The notes: generated by a model not told the origin, from the letters alone. 64,000 bases of DNA from Salpingoeca rosetta (GCA_033442325.1 JAWQFM010000010.1:1558923-1622922), one strand, 5' to 3'; positions 32,999-53,270 are shown, counted from the first letter of the stretch. A program made the numbers and translations.

Positions 32999-33179
32999 CG
33001 TGTGTGTGTGTGTGTGCGTGTGTGTACGCTCATGCGTCCGCAACTACCATCATGCTTGAGAACGCACACGAGTACGTACTCACTCATGTGCTCATGCATA
33101 CATACGCACACACACACTCATACCCACACACATACAAACACACACGCACACATACACACTTGCTGGTGTAAACACGCAG

Positions 33180-34125
33180 GGTTGTCGCGCTATGGGCTGT
33201 TTGATGTGTGTGAGGAGAGCTTGTACGGTGCGGGTCGCCGCGACAATTGCGAATCACGGGTTCTGTCAACGGAATGGGCAGTGGCAGCTGCGCTGCTTGT
33301 GTTTGGCCTCCTCATCCTGCTCTTGGCCATCACCAGTACGGCATATGCCCTCGTGCGACGGGACTTTTTGAACCGCGCCAAGTGGCAGGCCTTCTTCTCG
33401 GGTACGCAAGCATGCGTGAGACGTGTGTGCACGCTCGCGCACGCGTGTCTGTCTGTTTGTCTGTCTGAGTATCTGCCTGAGTATCTGCCTGCCTGCATGC
33501 CTGCCTGCGTGTCTGCGTGTCTGCCTGTTTGTCTGCGTGTCTGTCTGTGCGTCCACTTGTATCCAAGTGGCTATCCTTCCACGTTTGTAAATTCAACGTG
33601 CTGCACCTTCTTAACCCGTCCTCCCATCCTCACCCTCATGCCCCACGTTCCTCCAACCATTTTTGCCTTGCGCAGCGATATTGATGGCGCTGACATCAAT
33701 CGTGTTCCCCATTGGCTTTGACGTTGAGCGCATCGGGGGAGAGGTAAGCTGCGTCAGCTCTGTGTGTGCGTGTGTGCGTGTGTGCGTGCGTGCGTGTGTG
33801 TGTGTGCGTGCGTGCGTGCGTGTGTGTGTGTCGTATTTCGTGTAGAGTAGACCGTACCGTGTCCTGCCTCCCCTTTCTCGACCCTGTATCCCTTCCGACC
33901 CCCTCCCTCCCCGCTCCTGCTCCTTCGGCTCTTGGTTCTCTCCCTCCATCAGCTCACTGCCGCCTTCAACAACCTCCCAACCCCTCTGTCAATGCCATGT
34001 AGCCATACAGGTTACCAGAGGACACAAAAGTCGGGTACTCTTACTTCCTCTTTATCACCTGCCTTGTCTTCATCTTCCTTGGAGAGTTGTTTGCCACACG
34101 CGTCATCCTTCCCATCGACGCATGA
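33180..34125 (+). CDS. MOSMO: MOSMO (C16orf52/Atthog)-like claudin-fold tetraspan protein, 5'-partial
   Basis: Exons 33180-33401, 33676-33743 and 34003-34125 give GLFDVC...C...STEW, a TM, AKWQAFFS|AILMALTSIVFPIGFDVERIGGE|PYRLPEDTKVGYSYFLF...VILP. This matches the MOSMO FPIGF...GG.PY.LP....VG.SY signature. Confidence 0.85.
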
Positions 34126-34159
34126 TATGCACACACACACACACACGCACACACACACA

Positions 34160-34218
<59 letters not shown>

Positions 34219-34465
34219 GCACACACGCGTGCACCCACCGCTGTTCTTATGCTTGAGCGAGTTCCTGGGGTGTGTGCGTACATACATTGGTTCGCGATGT
34301 TGTCGTCGCCTTTGCACACCATGTGCATGCATGCGTTCGTTTGTGTGTTTTGTTTGATACCTGTCGCCCTTTTCAATGCTTGCCACTGCTTTGTTACATT
34401 ACTTGACCGGCAACGCCGCACGCTCATAAAGGCGTACTCTCTTTCCCGTGCGTGCACACAAATCT

Positions 34466-34598
<133 letters not shown>

Positions 34599-35031
34599 AT
34601 TGTCTCTTCTCCGTTGGTTTATGACCCCCTTGCTGCTGCTGCTGTTGGGTTTGTTGTCCCCGATTCTGCGGGTTGGAATGTTCGTTGTAGTTGGCGCGCA
34701 CAGAAACGCAAGCATACACGTGGCAGGAAGCAGGCAACGCAAACAGAACAAGAACAAACAAACCCTAGAAGCACCTACATCATTTGCCTCGCAGTGCTCA
34801 TGCACGCACCAGCATGCACAGCACACATACACATGCACATCACTTCAGAATCATCATCGTCAACATCATGTGTGCACACAGACAGACACACACACACACA
34901 CACACTCTCTCTCTCTCTCACAGGGAAGACAGGCGAGTGAGAATGGGAAATGGGGAGTGAAGCATAGCGCGCACGTACGCCACAACGTGACGCAATCCGC
35001 TGCGTGGCGCTTTGCTCGGGAGCCGAGAGCA

Positions 35032-39026
<3,995 letters not shown>

Positions 39027-39127
39027 GCACACGCAGGACGACGCACAGCGTGTTGGCCTCCAGCATGGTGGTTGGTTGGCGTTGTTGTTTGTTGTTGTCG
39101 TGGGTGCCGCGAAATTCAAAACGCTGG

Positions 39128-39258
<131 letters not shown>

Positions 39259-39413
39259 ACTCTCTACGCCACGCACACACATGGTCTGTCTGACACTCTG
39301 TACGCCTCTGTCTTGCTCTCGCGCCCCGCCCCCTCTTTCTGTCACACACAAACAAGGAAGACAACAGCAGGTCGTTTACTTGGGCGTGCCGATAATGCAC
39401 CAGCAAGGATAAG

Positions 39414-40044
39414 TTATGTGCGCGTGTGTAAGGTGATGTGGAGGTGGTGTGCTCGCTTGAGCCAGCGCACACGGTGCAGATCCGAGTCGGGGTCAATGGT
39501 CTTGGGCAACGCAATGGTGAGACAGGCTGTTGTTGGTGTGTGCGTCACCTCCACTTGATCGTCCTCAATCTCCACATCAAAGTCCGCTGCTCGCCACGTG
39601 CCATCATTGTTGGTTGCCGGCGCCACCACAATCGACTGCGTGTTGGCTTCCTCGTCAACCCTCAATGTGTACGTCAACTGCTGCTGCTGCTGCTGTTGTT
39701 GTTGTTGTTTAAGTTGTTGTTGTTGTTGTTGTTTAAGTTGTTGTTGTTGTTTAAGTTGTTGTTGTTGTTGTTGTTGTTGTTTAAGTTGTTGCTGTTGTTG
39801 TTGTTGTTGTTGTTGTTGTTGCCGTCGTCGCCTGTCCTCCTCCTCCTCCTCCTCCTCCTCCTCCTTCTGTTGCTCCTTCCCCTCTTTCCGTCCATCAGCT
39901 CGCTCGTGTACCCCTCCTGCCTCCCCATCGCCCTGTGCCCCCCGCTGCTGCGTCGGCAGGACGTGTGCCGATGCCCCGTGCTTCGCCTGAAACCGTTCAA
40001 TTTCCCGCCGCAACCGCTCCTCCTCAATCGCAATGTCGCTCCTA

Positions 40045-40110
<66 letters not shown>

Positions 40111-40554
40111 CGTTGTGAAATGGGTGAGGACTAGCTATGGGCGAGGAATGCGGGAATGCTTGAGTGTTAGAGTACATGTGTCAGTAGGCTGCATGATGAT
40201 GGCACACCCATGCATCCGATTGTTCCCGCTCACCTTCCGTTTGCCGTATTGCCTTGCTGCTGCTGCTGCTGCTGCTCAGCCATTTGCTTCTCCTCCAAGT
40301 CGTAGAACCAGTGGGTGACAGCATAGCGCGGCTTGGACGTCGGCAGCACCTTCCCCGCCATCAAAACGAGTGCACGGTTGCGTTGCATGCGGCACAAAGG
40401 GAATGGGTACATGCTGTCAACGTTGTGCAGACACACGGAAAAAGAGAGGCAGGCAGAAAGCGACAGCCAAGCGGCATTGCAAACACGACAGACAGACAGA
40501 CAGACAGACACAGACACACAGACAGACAGACACACACAAACAAACACAGACACA

Positions 40555-40592
<38 letters not shown>

Positions 40593-42942
40593 AACAAGCA
40601 AACACACGATGGGCAACGCACTTCGTGTGGGACGCGCTTGTCTGAGAAGAAGATCACCATTGTGTCCAATCGAGGAGGAATATCCACCAGCACTTTATCA
40701 TCAAGATCACCACCACCGTCACCATCACCATCATCACGACTGCTGGCTGGTTTGTCATCGTGTGTGGCTTCCTCCTTGGACTGCGCGTACACACGCAGCT
40801 CACCGCCGTCGCCTTGCTGTGATTCCCCACCAGGAAGAGATAGTATGCATGAATGCCATCGTGACGAGTGTGCGCGCAACCACGCTACAGCATGAATGCC
40901 ATCGTGACGAGTGTGCGCGCAACCACGCTACAGCATGAATGCCATCGTGACGAGTGTGCGCGCAACCACGCTACAGCATGAATGCCATTGTGACGAGTGT
41001 GCGCGCAACCACGCTACAGCAAAGCGAATGTGTGTTGTGTATCACACTCCACAGGCAATTCTACAGCCTATGAACCCCACCCCCACCTTCCAGCCATCGT
41101 TGAGGTAGTAGAGAACGGTGAGCTTCCTGCCGTTGCGGTGCGGGTTGTCGCAGTGCTTGATGTAGCGCGCGCCGTTGCCCGGGTAGCACGTGACCATGGC
41201 CTTGGAGCGTGATTCAAGAGTCTTCAACTCTGGCACAAGTGATGCAATCAACTGCAGTGCATGCAGCAATCGCAAAGAGGGGACAGCACGTGGTGAGATG
41301 GAGGAGGAGGGGAAGACGGGCGGTGCCGAGATAGAATTGCTCAGCGAACGAACAGGCAAGGATGACACACAGACACAGACACACAGACACACACACACAC
41401 ACACACACCTGTACGATGGTGTTCATCTTGCGGGAGAACGTCTTAAGCGCCGTGCCACGCCAACACTGAACACCGCTACCAGCACCACTGTCGCCTTCAT
41501 TCTCGTCATCGCTGTCGTTGTCGTTGATGGAATCGGCAATGGGTAGCTCGTCACGCTGCGTCGTGTCATGGCACGGGTCTTCGTCGAACCAGCCAACCTA
41601 ATGGTGGTGACGTGATAGTAAACGTGCAAGTGTTCACCATAAGCAGCGCTGTTGTAAACACAAACACACAGACACACACAAACACACACAGACAACACAG
41701 ACAACACAGACACAGACAGACACACGGACAAGACAGACAGGTGCATGAGCCATATCTGCGTACCTTATCGCCGCGAACAGCGGAGAGGATGTATTTGGTG
41801 TTTGCACCGGTCCGCCCGCCACCGAGCATACCAGAGCTCAGCCGACCCTGCGTTGAGTACAACGGAAGCAGCGGTTAGCGACTGGCAAACGGCAAACGGC
41901 GTACGCTAACGGACATGTCCATCCGCCCACTACACGCACGCACACATATACAGACACACGTACATGTGCTAACACAGGCATGCGAACGCACGCACACGAA
42001 CCGCTCCATGCGCAGTTTTCACTTCTGTTGCAAGCCTGGCAGCCATCTCAGGCCCTGCGACCATGAGCAGTGCAGTGCGAACGCAAGGGTGTCAACAGGA
42101 GTCCAAACACGAGCAGGGCAGGCATACACACACAAATAAGTCGACACACACACACAAAACATTGGCGCGCGCACACGCACACACACACACACACACGAAA
42201 CATTGGCACACGCACACACACACACATACGCACACACAAAACATTCGCACACACACACACACACACGTCTACATATGCACGCACCGAGGACGTTGGGCAA
42301 GATAACGTAGTTGTTGCGCATGAGTTGGGCAGCCAAATCCTTCGCCCATGCAAACACTTCAGGTTCATCCTTCATCAACTGCCTCACATGCTCGTACCGG
42401 CCGCTGTGTGTGAGCCAACAAGCCAAGGTTCGGTGGTGAGCAAAAGCACACGGTCCACCAGCACTGCGCACGTGAACGGAAGGAATGATTGATGTAGCTT
42501 GGCAAGAGTGTGGTCACCAACTCCACACTCCACCTTCCCTTCACCGCACGCACACGCACCTATGCTTTTGGCCCTGCTCTCTGGGGATCTGAGCTTGGCC
42601 GGACGACCTCGAGCCCGTGCCTTGTGCAGCCGTCTCCTCTTCCTTCTTCTCTTCGTCGCCGTCGTCGTCGCTGTCCTCGTCGTCGCTGTCACGCTGCTTG
42701 GGTTGGGGTTGTGGCGTCTGTTGCAGTGCCGCCAAGACGGCCGCGATCTGGTTGAGCACGGCCACCGCTTCTTCCTCATCACTCGTGTCGTCAAACTTGG
42801 CCAGCTGTGCATACAGAGCCGCCTTTGTCTCCGTATCCATCCCACCCTTCCCACTGCCACCCACGCCACTGTCAGCAGCAGCAGCGGCAGCGGCAATCGC
42901 CTGCTCCACAAGCGCCCTCGCTTGCGCCCTTCGAGTGCTCAT
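39414..42942 (-). CDS. EGLN/PHD-type 2OG-Fe(II) prolyl hydroxylase with a poly-Q linker and a C-terminal CS/PIH1-like domain
   Basis: SKAMVTCYPGNGARYIKHCDNPHRNGRKLTVLYYLNDGW, GGELRVY, PRLDTMVIFFSDKRVPHEV|LPTSKPRYAVTHWFYD. The HxD...H triad and the 2OG-binding Arg are intact. Confidence 0.88.
40847..41020. repeat. 43-bp minisatellite, 4 copies, intronic
   Basis: GCATGAATGCCATCGTGACGAGTGTGCGCGCAACCACGCTACA x4, with one substitution in copy 4. Confidence 0.97.
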
Positions 42943-43349
42943 CGCTGTTCGTTTGTTCGTTTGTGTTTGGCTGTTGCGCTTCATATCCGACACTGATTTC
43001 AGTCTCCACCACTTTTGTTGCCAACACGAAAGACAACCAACAACCAGCAACAGCACGAACACCAACGAGCCCCATGTCCAAGAAGCGCTCACAGCAGTAA
43101 GCCAGCCAACCTTGCGTGCGTGTGCGTGTGCGTGTGCGTGTGCGTGTGCGTATGTGCGTACTCATGTTTGTACACGTGTGCGAACCTTTGCACGTTGCCT
43201 TCTCACCCTGCAGTTGTGTTTGTTGTTCTTGACGCCACCGTTCAGAAGTCCCAGACACACACACACACACACACACACTCTCTCTCTCTCTCACACGCAC
43301 ACTCACTCACACACTCACTCACACCTCACCCACACACACACCTCACACC

Positions 43350-45654
<2,305 letters not shown>

Positions 45655-45900
45655 GGCCAGACACTCATGAAAATGAGCAGAGTTGTGTTGTGAGGAGGAT
45701 CAAGGAGTGAGGTAGTTGGTGGACCTCTCTGTGTGGATGTCGTGTTGTTCCGGTTCCACTTGCGTTTCCGTTCTGTTTTCGTTCTTGTTGCATTCATGAT
45801 GCATTGCTCAGCCTTTGCAATTACATTTTACGGGGACAAACAACACTAAGCGATGCTCACCAACAGAGCAAGAGGGAGGGAGAGGGAGAGGAAAGGCAAT

Positions 45901-45955
<55 letters not shown>

Positions 45956-46134
45956 TAAACACACACACACACACAAATAAACACACACACACAAACAAAC
46001 AAACACACAATAAACACACACACAATAAACACACAAGCGCGCGCACACACAGACACGAATGCATACATAAACACATGGGCTCTCACACATAGGCACATCG
46101 ACTCAAAAGCTAAAACGGATGCTTGTGAATGGGT

Positions 46135-46261
46135 TCATCCACGCTTTGCTTTCTTCTTGCTCGCGCCCTTGCTGGCAGTCTTCTTCTTTGCACCTGCAGA
46201 GAGCGCGCGAGGTGTGATGTTGTGGCAGAACAGCGGCGTTGGTGAGAGGGGTGAAGGTAGC

Positions 46262-46294
<33 letters not shown>

Positions 46295-47047
46295 ACCTGA
46301 TCGTTTCTTTGATGCAGCAGCAGCCTTTCCGCCACCGCCACCGCGCTTCTTCTTCTGCTTGATCATGGCGTCACCAGACACATCCTCGTCATCCTCGTCA
46401 TCCTCGTCGCCATCATTGCTGCCGCCCTCGTCCTCCTCCATCTTGAACATCTCCTCTGCACACCCGCCGGCACAACGCAGCCACGCGTGAGGCAATGCAA
46501 GACGAAGGAACATTCATACCAGAACAGCGAATCACACACGCGCATTCACGCACAACACACACATACAAGACACACACACACACAGCAAAGTAAACACGCA
46601 CACAGTCCTTGTTTTTTCTCGTTCAACAACCCCCCACCCTTCCTCCTCTCCAGGCTGACCTGTGTCGGGTGCCTTCTGCTTCTTCTTCCGCTTCGATGCG
46701 GCCTCCTCTGCATACGGCAGCATGTGCGCGCTGCTGTTGTACGCGCGCGTGAACGCCGTCTTGGTCTTCGTGTCAAGGCGTTTCGTGGGGTCGGGCAGGC
46801 CCGAGAGCTGGCTCAGCTCGTGCAAGGAGTCCCAGTCCGCGCGCGTCAGGTTGTACGCGTTCATCACCGCCACGGCATCCTTTGCTCCGTCAGCGCCTGA
46901 GGCGGTGCAGGCGGTGGGAAGCGTGATGTGGTGTTGGTGGGAATGCAGATAGAGGGGGAGGGGGGAAGTGAGTGCATGGTGTGGTGGTGAATGAAGGAGA
47001 GGCGGAAAAGGTGAACAAGCGAGAGCGCCCGTAATGGCAGACTACCA

Positions 47048-47144
<97 letters not shown>

Positions 47145-48670
47145 GCATCAACAGCAGCAGCAGTAGCAGCGAACCTTGTTCGATGAGGGGCTGCATAATC
47201 TGCGCGCGAAGGTACGGCACGTAGGAGAGGCGCATGTCTGTGGTGTCTGCCGAAATGTCTTTGCGCATGTGTTGCTGGAGCTCACTGCACTGACGTCGTG
47301 ATTTTGTGCGCTTGCTGTTGTTGCCGAACCACTGCCAGAAGGCAAACACGTCATCAACACGAATCATGTGGTGAGCACATAACTTAGGGGTGCTTATGCA
47401 CATGAAGCACGAACACAACGACGACATCCACAACCCATCCCTTTCAACGGCAGTCACATCCATCACTGTGAACGCATGTGCATGTGTATCGCGGGCTTAC
47501 CGAGCTGAATTCGATGCGCCCGTGAAGGCTTCCACGCATGATGAACCCGGGCCTTGACGGAGTGTAGGAAGAAGGGGGGAGGGATAGAGCCGGCGTGGCG
47601 GATGATGGAAGGTGCGGATAAGGGGGGTGAGGAAGGGAGAACAACTCTCACAAAGTTATGGCATGGGGACAAGAACAACACACGCGCTCTTGCATCCACT
47701 CATACATATGCACACACCTGATGCAGGACATGTATCCGTAGACGGGGAGGGCGCTAAATGCAGAGTTGGCCATCATAAAGTTGCCAACCTGAACGGCGGC
47801 AGCAACAGGTGCACACCAAAGCCAAGACATGAGGGGTGGAGCCGTGTGTGAGGACGACACAGGGCGTGGCGAATCCACTTGTGGAAGCACAAACACGAAT
47901 GCACATGTGTGTGTATGTGTGCATAGAGATGTGTTGACTGACGAGTTCGGCTTCCGAGATTGCGTCAGCGGCGTCGGCGATGGTGGAAAGGACATCCACA
48001 GGTCCGGATTTGCCTTTGAAAAGCATAAAAGCGTCAAGTACAGCAGCACACGTGAGCCAGGGCGTGCGTGCGTGCTTGTGTATGTGTGTGCGTGTGTGCG
48101 TGTGTGTCTGTGTATGGGTGTGTGTGTTATGTGTCTGTGTTGTATGTGCGTGCGTGTGTACGGGGCATTGCTTGGGGGTACCGTGTGGGGCGCAGCGGAG
48201 GTAGTTCTCCTGCATGAAGAGCGGCATTGCCGAGTAGTCCTGGAAAAACGCCTCCTGCAGCTCATACCCGCGCGGTCCTGGCGCACGGCACCGCACAAGG
48301 AGGGAGAGGAGGGAGGGGGTGTTGGTCGTGGTGATGGTGGTCGTATTGGACGCGGGGGGGGGGAGGTGGTGGCATTGGTGTCAGGTGAGCATTGTTGTGC
48401 GCAAGGGGTGTGAGAGAGGACCTGTGTACACTGTGCTCTGTGTGCGCGATTATGTTTGCGCGTGCGTGCGTGAAGATTGGAGTTTCTGCTGGTGCGGTGT
48501 TGCCATGGCTGGTGCTTACGCTGCGCGGCGCGGAAGAAGAGAGGAAGGCAATCCCAGGGCGTCTTCTTCGTGTACTTGGTCGCGTTCTTGATCTGCCATT
48601 TCCAAACGTTGCATGCGTGAGCGCAAATGTTAAAAGCCCACGACGCTTCATCTCACCCACCACACGACAC

Positions 48671-48702
<32 letters not shown>

Positions 48703-49093
48703 CAGCACCAATGTGACACACGCACGTCGCGGTCGATAATGTCCTGGCGCTCAACAAAGTTTGCGTTGTCTCTGCTCCACATGTACATGTTGTTGAGAAT
48801 CTGGCGAATGTCTCCGTTTGCCCCCTCAATGATGCGATCCAGCACAATCGGATTGAGCGACAGCCCTGCACACGGCAGTGAACGCACAGACGGAAGGAGA
48901 GAGGTGCAAGGTGTGTGTGTGTGTGCGTGTGTGTGTGTGCGTGCGTGTGTGAACGTGGGTGGTTACATGGGACAGCCCATTCATCTGCAACAGCACCAGC
49001 CATGACAGCAGCAGCACCACCACCACTAACTACAACAAACGACACCATGACGCCCACTACCATCTAAGCACCCATGAACCGCGTGCATGCGCT

Positions 49094-49158
<65 letters not shown>

Positions 49159-51513
49159 ATGTGCGTGTGCATGTGCGGCACCTTCTTTGAAGGCGACGGA
49201 CATCATGGCCGAGCGAATCTGTTTCGTCTGCAGTTTGCGGAAGGGGAGGTGGAACGAGACATCACGCAGTCGGCGCAGCTTCTGCGGCACGTCGTTTGCA
49301 ATGCAGATAATCGGCATCTTGGTTGTCTTGATGAGCTTCATAATCTCGCCAACGCCGCCCCGGTCCTCGTTGCCCGCCATCCCGTCAACCTCATCGAAGA
49401 TCACAGCCTGAACGCGAGTGCAATCGACGCAGTGTGGTGGCGGTGGTGGTTGAAGATGAGTGGGCAGTGGTGGTGGCGGCGATTATGGTCGTGTCCGTGG
49501 TGGTGATTGCGGGAATGGCAACTCATATTCACCTTGAACAAACATGGGCCCCACGCACACTCATTCATGATTGTCAGCGCACCACTTTGGTTGCACGGGG
49601 CTTCGTTGCGGTGCCGTAGAATTGCGTCATGGTGCAGTTGCGGGTGAGGGGCCCGATTTGCGCCTCAAGCAACTTCTTACTCCGCGCATCGCTCGCATTC
49701 AGCTCAATCGGCTGCATGTGCGTGTGCGTGTGCGTGTGTGAGTGTGAGTGTGAGTGTGAGTGTGAGTGTGAGTGTGAGTGTGAGTGTGAGTGTGAGTGTG
49801 AGTGTGAGTGTGAGTGTGAGTGTGTGAATGGGTGTGAGTGTGAATGGGTGTGAGTGTGAGTGTGAGTGAATGGGTGTGCGTGTGAGTGTGAGTGTGAGTG
49901 TGAGTGTGTGAGTGTGAATGGGTGCGTGAATGTGCAGCAGACAAGCAAATGTGGCCAGTCAGTCTGCATCAGCCACAATCAAACAACCCCACGCCGCATG
50001 CGCCGGCCACGCACCTCGTAACCGCACGCCTCACAGACGAGCTTTGCGGTCGTCGTCTTGCCAATGCCCGGCGGACCAACCAGCAGCGCACACCGCTTGT
50101 CAAACCCAGTGTCGTCTGCACACGTACACATGCAAGCTTGTGAGTGATTGCGACGTGACGGACGCAGACAACAAACGCGCGCGCTCTGCCTCACTCAACG
50201 ATGTACACACACAAGAACGCACACACGCAACACACGCACACACAAACACACAAACACATACGCACACAGCACGTGCACGATCCCAAACCCACTCTTTGTT
50301 GGTTTGTTGTTCTTGCGGGGCAGGTGCTGGTGCCAGGATTCGAGCCAGGCCTTGAGCTTCTTGGCGTTGCTGCGCGCGCCTGACTGACCCACAATCTTCT
50401 CCATGCTCTTCGGGGCGTACTTGACCGTCCACAAGTCTCCAACGGCCGATTGCGGTGGTGGCGATGACGCTGTAGCGGTTGCACGCTTCGCTCCTGCCGC
50501 TGACGATGACGATGATGATGAAGCTTTGAGTGCTGCTGATGTTGTTGCTGATTTCTTGGTTGCTGTCGCCTTCTTGCCGCCCTTCTTGCCACCTGGACGG
50601 GGAGGGAGGGGTGCAAGGCAGGTGTATGCGCACGTGTGCGTGGGTGTGTGAGAAGTGTTAGCGCATGTAAGCCGACAGCAGTGGGAACAAGCACATTGGC
50701 ACTGGCACTGCGGCTGGTTCTGGACAGCGAACACAATGGCACCACACACATAGACACACACAGGCACACAAAGTCATGTGACCGCACCTGTGGTGATGTC
50801 GTCAAATGGCTTCTCGGGCAGTGTGCGAATCAGGTCAAACAGACCGTCCTCGTCAATGACGTTCAACTTCAACTCCTCGGCCTTCTTCATCTTGGAGGGG
50901 CCCGGTTCAATTCCGGCAACAATGTAGTTGACCCGCCCGCTCACGCTCTTCTGCACAGCGCCGCCGTGGTCCTTGATCAGCCGCTCAGCCTGCAGGCGTG
51001 GTGGTGAATGTGAGGTGGGTTGTTGGTGGCAGCGTGACGTCATGATGAATCTGCTGGTTTGCGAATGTGGAAATGCAGCGTGCACAATCGTGTTGATAAT
51101 AATGCAACGCATGAACACGCACATGAACGCACACAGACACATAGACACACAGACACACACACACACACACAAAGCAAGCGCGGACCGTATCGCGTTCGAT
51201 GGAGTCGAGAACGCCCGTGAGGACAAACTTGAGGCCGCCAAGGCAGTTCTGCGCCCCAGATGGCAGCGGCTTCTGGCCGAGGTTTGGCGGCGCGAGATTC
51301 TGCATGCGCTGCTTGTACGCCCAGAAGTTGGACCCTTTCTTCGGTGTCGTCTCCGTGCTGCCACCACCCGCCGATGCTGATGCTGCTGATGCTGATGATG
51401 ATGCTGATGATGCTGATGTGGCTGCTGTCTTGGATGTGCTCGTTGCTGATTTCTTGGGCGACGTCGTCTTGGCCTTTTTCTTCTTCAGCTGCAGGCGGTG
51501 CGTGTGTGTGTTT

Positions 51514-51591
<78 letters not shown>

Positions 51592-53108
51592 AATGATGGT
51601 GGCACGAACGCTGCCAAAGCGCCACTGCAAGCACGAGATGAGTTCAACGGACACAAACACACACACATCACACGCGCACGCACGTACCGCTGCTGGAACG
51701 AATCCGCCATCATCATCATCGTCGTCGTCGTCGTCGTCTTCAATGACGGCGCGTGGTGGCGCTGTCTTTGGTGTCGCCTTTGTCTTCGTGTCGACCGATG
51801 CTCGCCCCTTCTCCCGCGTGCTCCCCTTGCTCTTCTTGGGGCTGGTCTTGCTCGGGCCACCCTGCACCGCCTTGTTGGTGCTGTCATGGCCACCATCACC
51901 GCTGCTGTCGTCGTCCTCAATCACCTCTCGTTTTGGTTTCGCCGCTGCCGCTGCCGCTGCCTTCTTGCGGGGTGAACGCCGTGTTTTGACTGGCGATGCC
52001 GTCGCAGACTTGTTCTCCTTCTTGACAGTCTTCTCGTCCTGCTTGCTCTTCTTCGTCTGCTTCGCTCCCTTCTCGTCGCCACTCCCGCTTCCGTTCCCAA
52101 TCGCGTCATCATCATCATCACCGCCACCGTTGTCGTCGTCGTCACCCATCAGCACCGCCAGCGCTTCAGCCTCATCAATCTGTGTGAGCGACGTGTGTGT
52201 GTGTGTGTGTGTGAGTGTGTGTGTGTGTGTGAGTGAGAGTGTGTGTGGATGTGTGAGCGAGTGCGTGAGAGAGTGTGTGTGCGTGTGACAGTAGTGAGCA
52301 AGTGGTGACCTGGTCAAGCCCCAGCGTACAGGAGCGAGCAAGGGCAAGCAAGGGGCAGCGTCAAGTGTGTGTGTGTGTCAGAGTTGCATACGTCATCGTC
52401 ATTGTCGTCGGGAACCGCAACAACTTCGTCCTCGTCATCATCCTCGATAATCATGGAGCGCTGAGCCTGGCAACAAATACAACAGCAGCAGCAGCAGCAG
52501 CAACAGCAAGAAATGCAGCAAGCAAATCAAGAAGGTAAAGGAGGTCGGCCAAGGGTAGATATGAGTAAGAGAGGGGTACATTGTTGAGTGAGTGAGTGAG
52601 TACCAGCGATAAGCAGTGTGGCAGCGGGCATCGACACGGGTGCCACTTGGGCTGCTCTCAGCATGGTTTGGGACTGAGCATGAGGTGCGGCACATCACGC
52701 ATGCGCAAGACTGGCAGGCACCTTGGCTGTGGGCTTGTCTTTGCCTTTCTTTGCGCGCTTCGATGCTGGGCGCTGGCTGAAAAAGTCGCGAGCACTGATT
52801 TCCGTCTTGGAGTCGACAAAGTCTCCATCATCAGAGTCCTAGCGGGTGTGGCAGTGCAGTACAGGCAGGCAGGCACAAGGGTGTGTGAAAACGGGGCAGG
52901 CACAGCAGAAGGGAACTCATGCTGCAGAGGCACACTCACACACATAGACACACACACACACACACATAGACACATACACAAACACACACACACACACAAA
53001 CACACATGCGTGCATGTTCTGCCTCACCACATCGATGACCTCTGGCTGCTTCTTCTTGCCGCCCTTCTTCTTTGGCTTTTGTGAAAAGAAGGCCCGGATG
53101 TCCGCCAT
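46135..53108 (-). CDS. RFC1: Replication factor C large subunit
   Basis: N-terminal [12 protein letters not shown] domain ([22 protein letters not shown]), LWTVKYAP, Walker [21 protein letters not shown], Walker [31 protein letters not shown] and [11 protein letters not shown]. Confidence 0.96.
49737..49920. repeat. (GAGTGT)n hexanucleotide array in an RFC1 intron
   Basis: Visible tandem array. Confidence 0.9.
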
Positions 53109-53261
53109 GGCTGCCTGTCGACCCACATACACACACACACAACATGCATAAGCCAACATGGTGAGGCAGACAGAACCAGAGGCAGACCCACCACATCACA
53201 CACCACACAGCACCACAGCACGTTTGCTCGGACTTGTGTCTCTCACTGACTGACTGATGGC

Positions 53262-53270
53262 TTTGGCGCG
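53262..53270 (+). promoter_or_regulatory. E2F-type site TTTGGCGCG upstream of RFC1
   Basis: Canonical match about 155 bp upstream of the RFC1 ATG, in the RFC1/GPD2 divergent spacer. Confidence 0.4.

Noticed and set aside
40847-41020. Possible CRISPR array
   Set aside because: The units are directly adjacent with no unique spacers, there are no cas genes, and the context is a eukaryotic intron.
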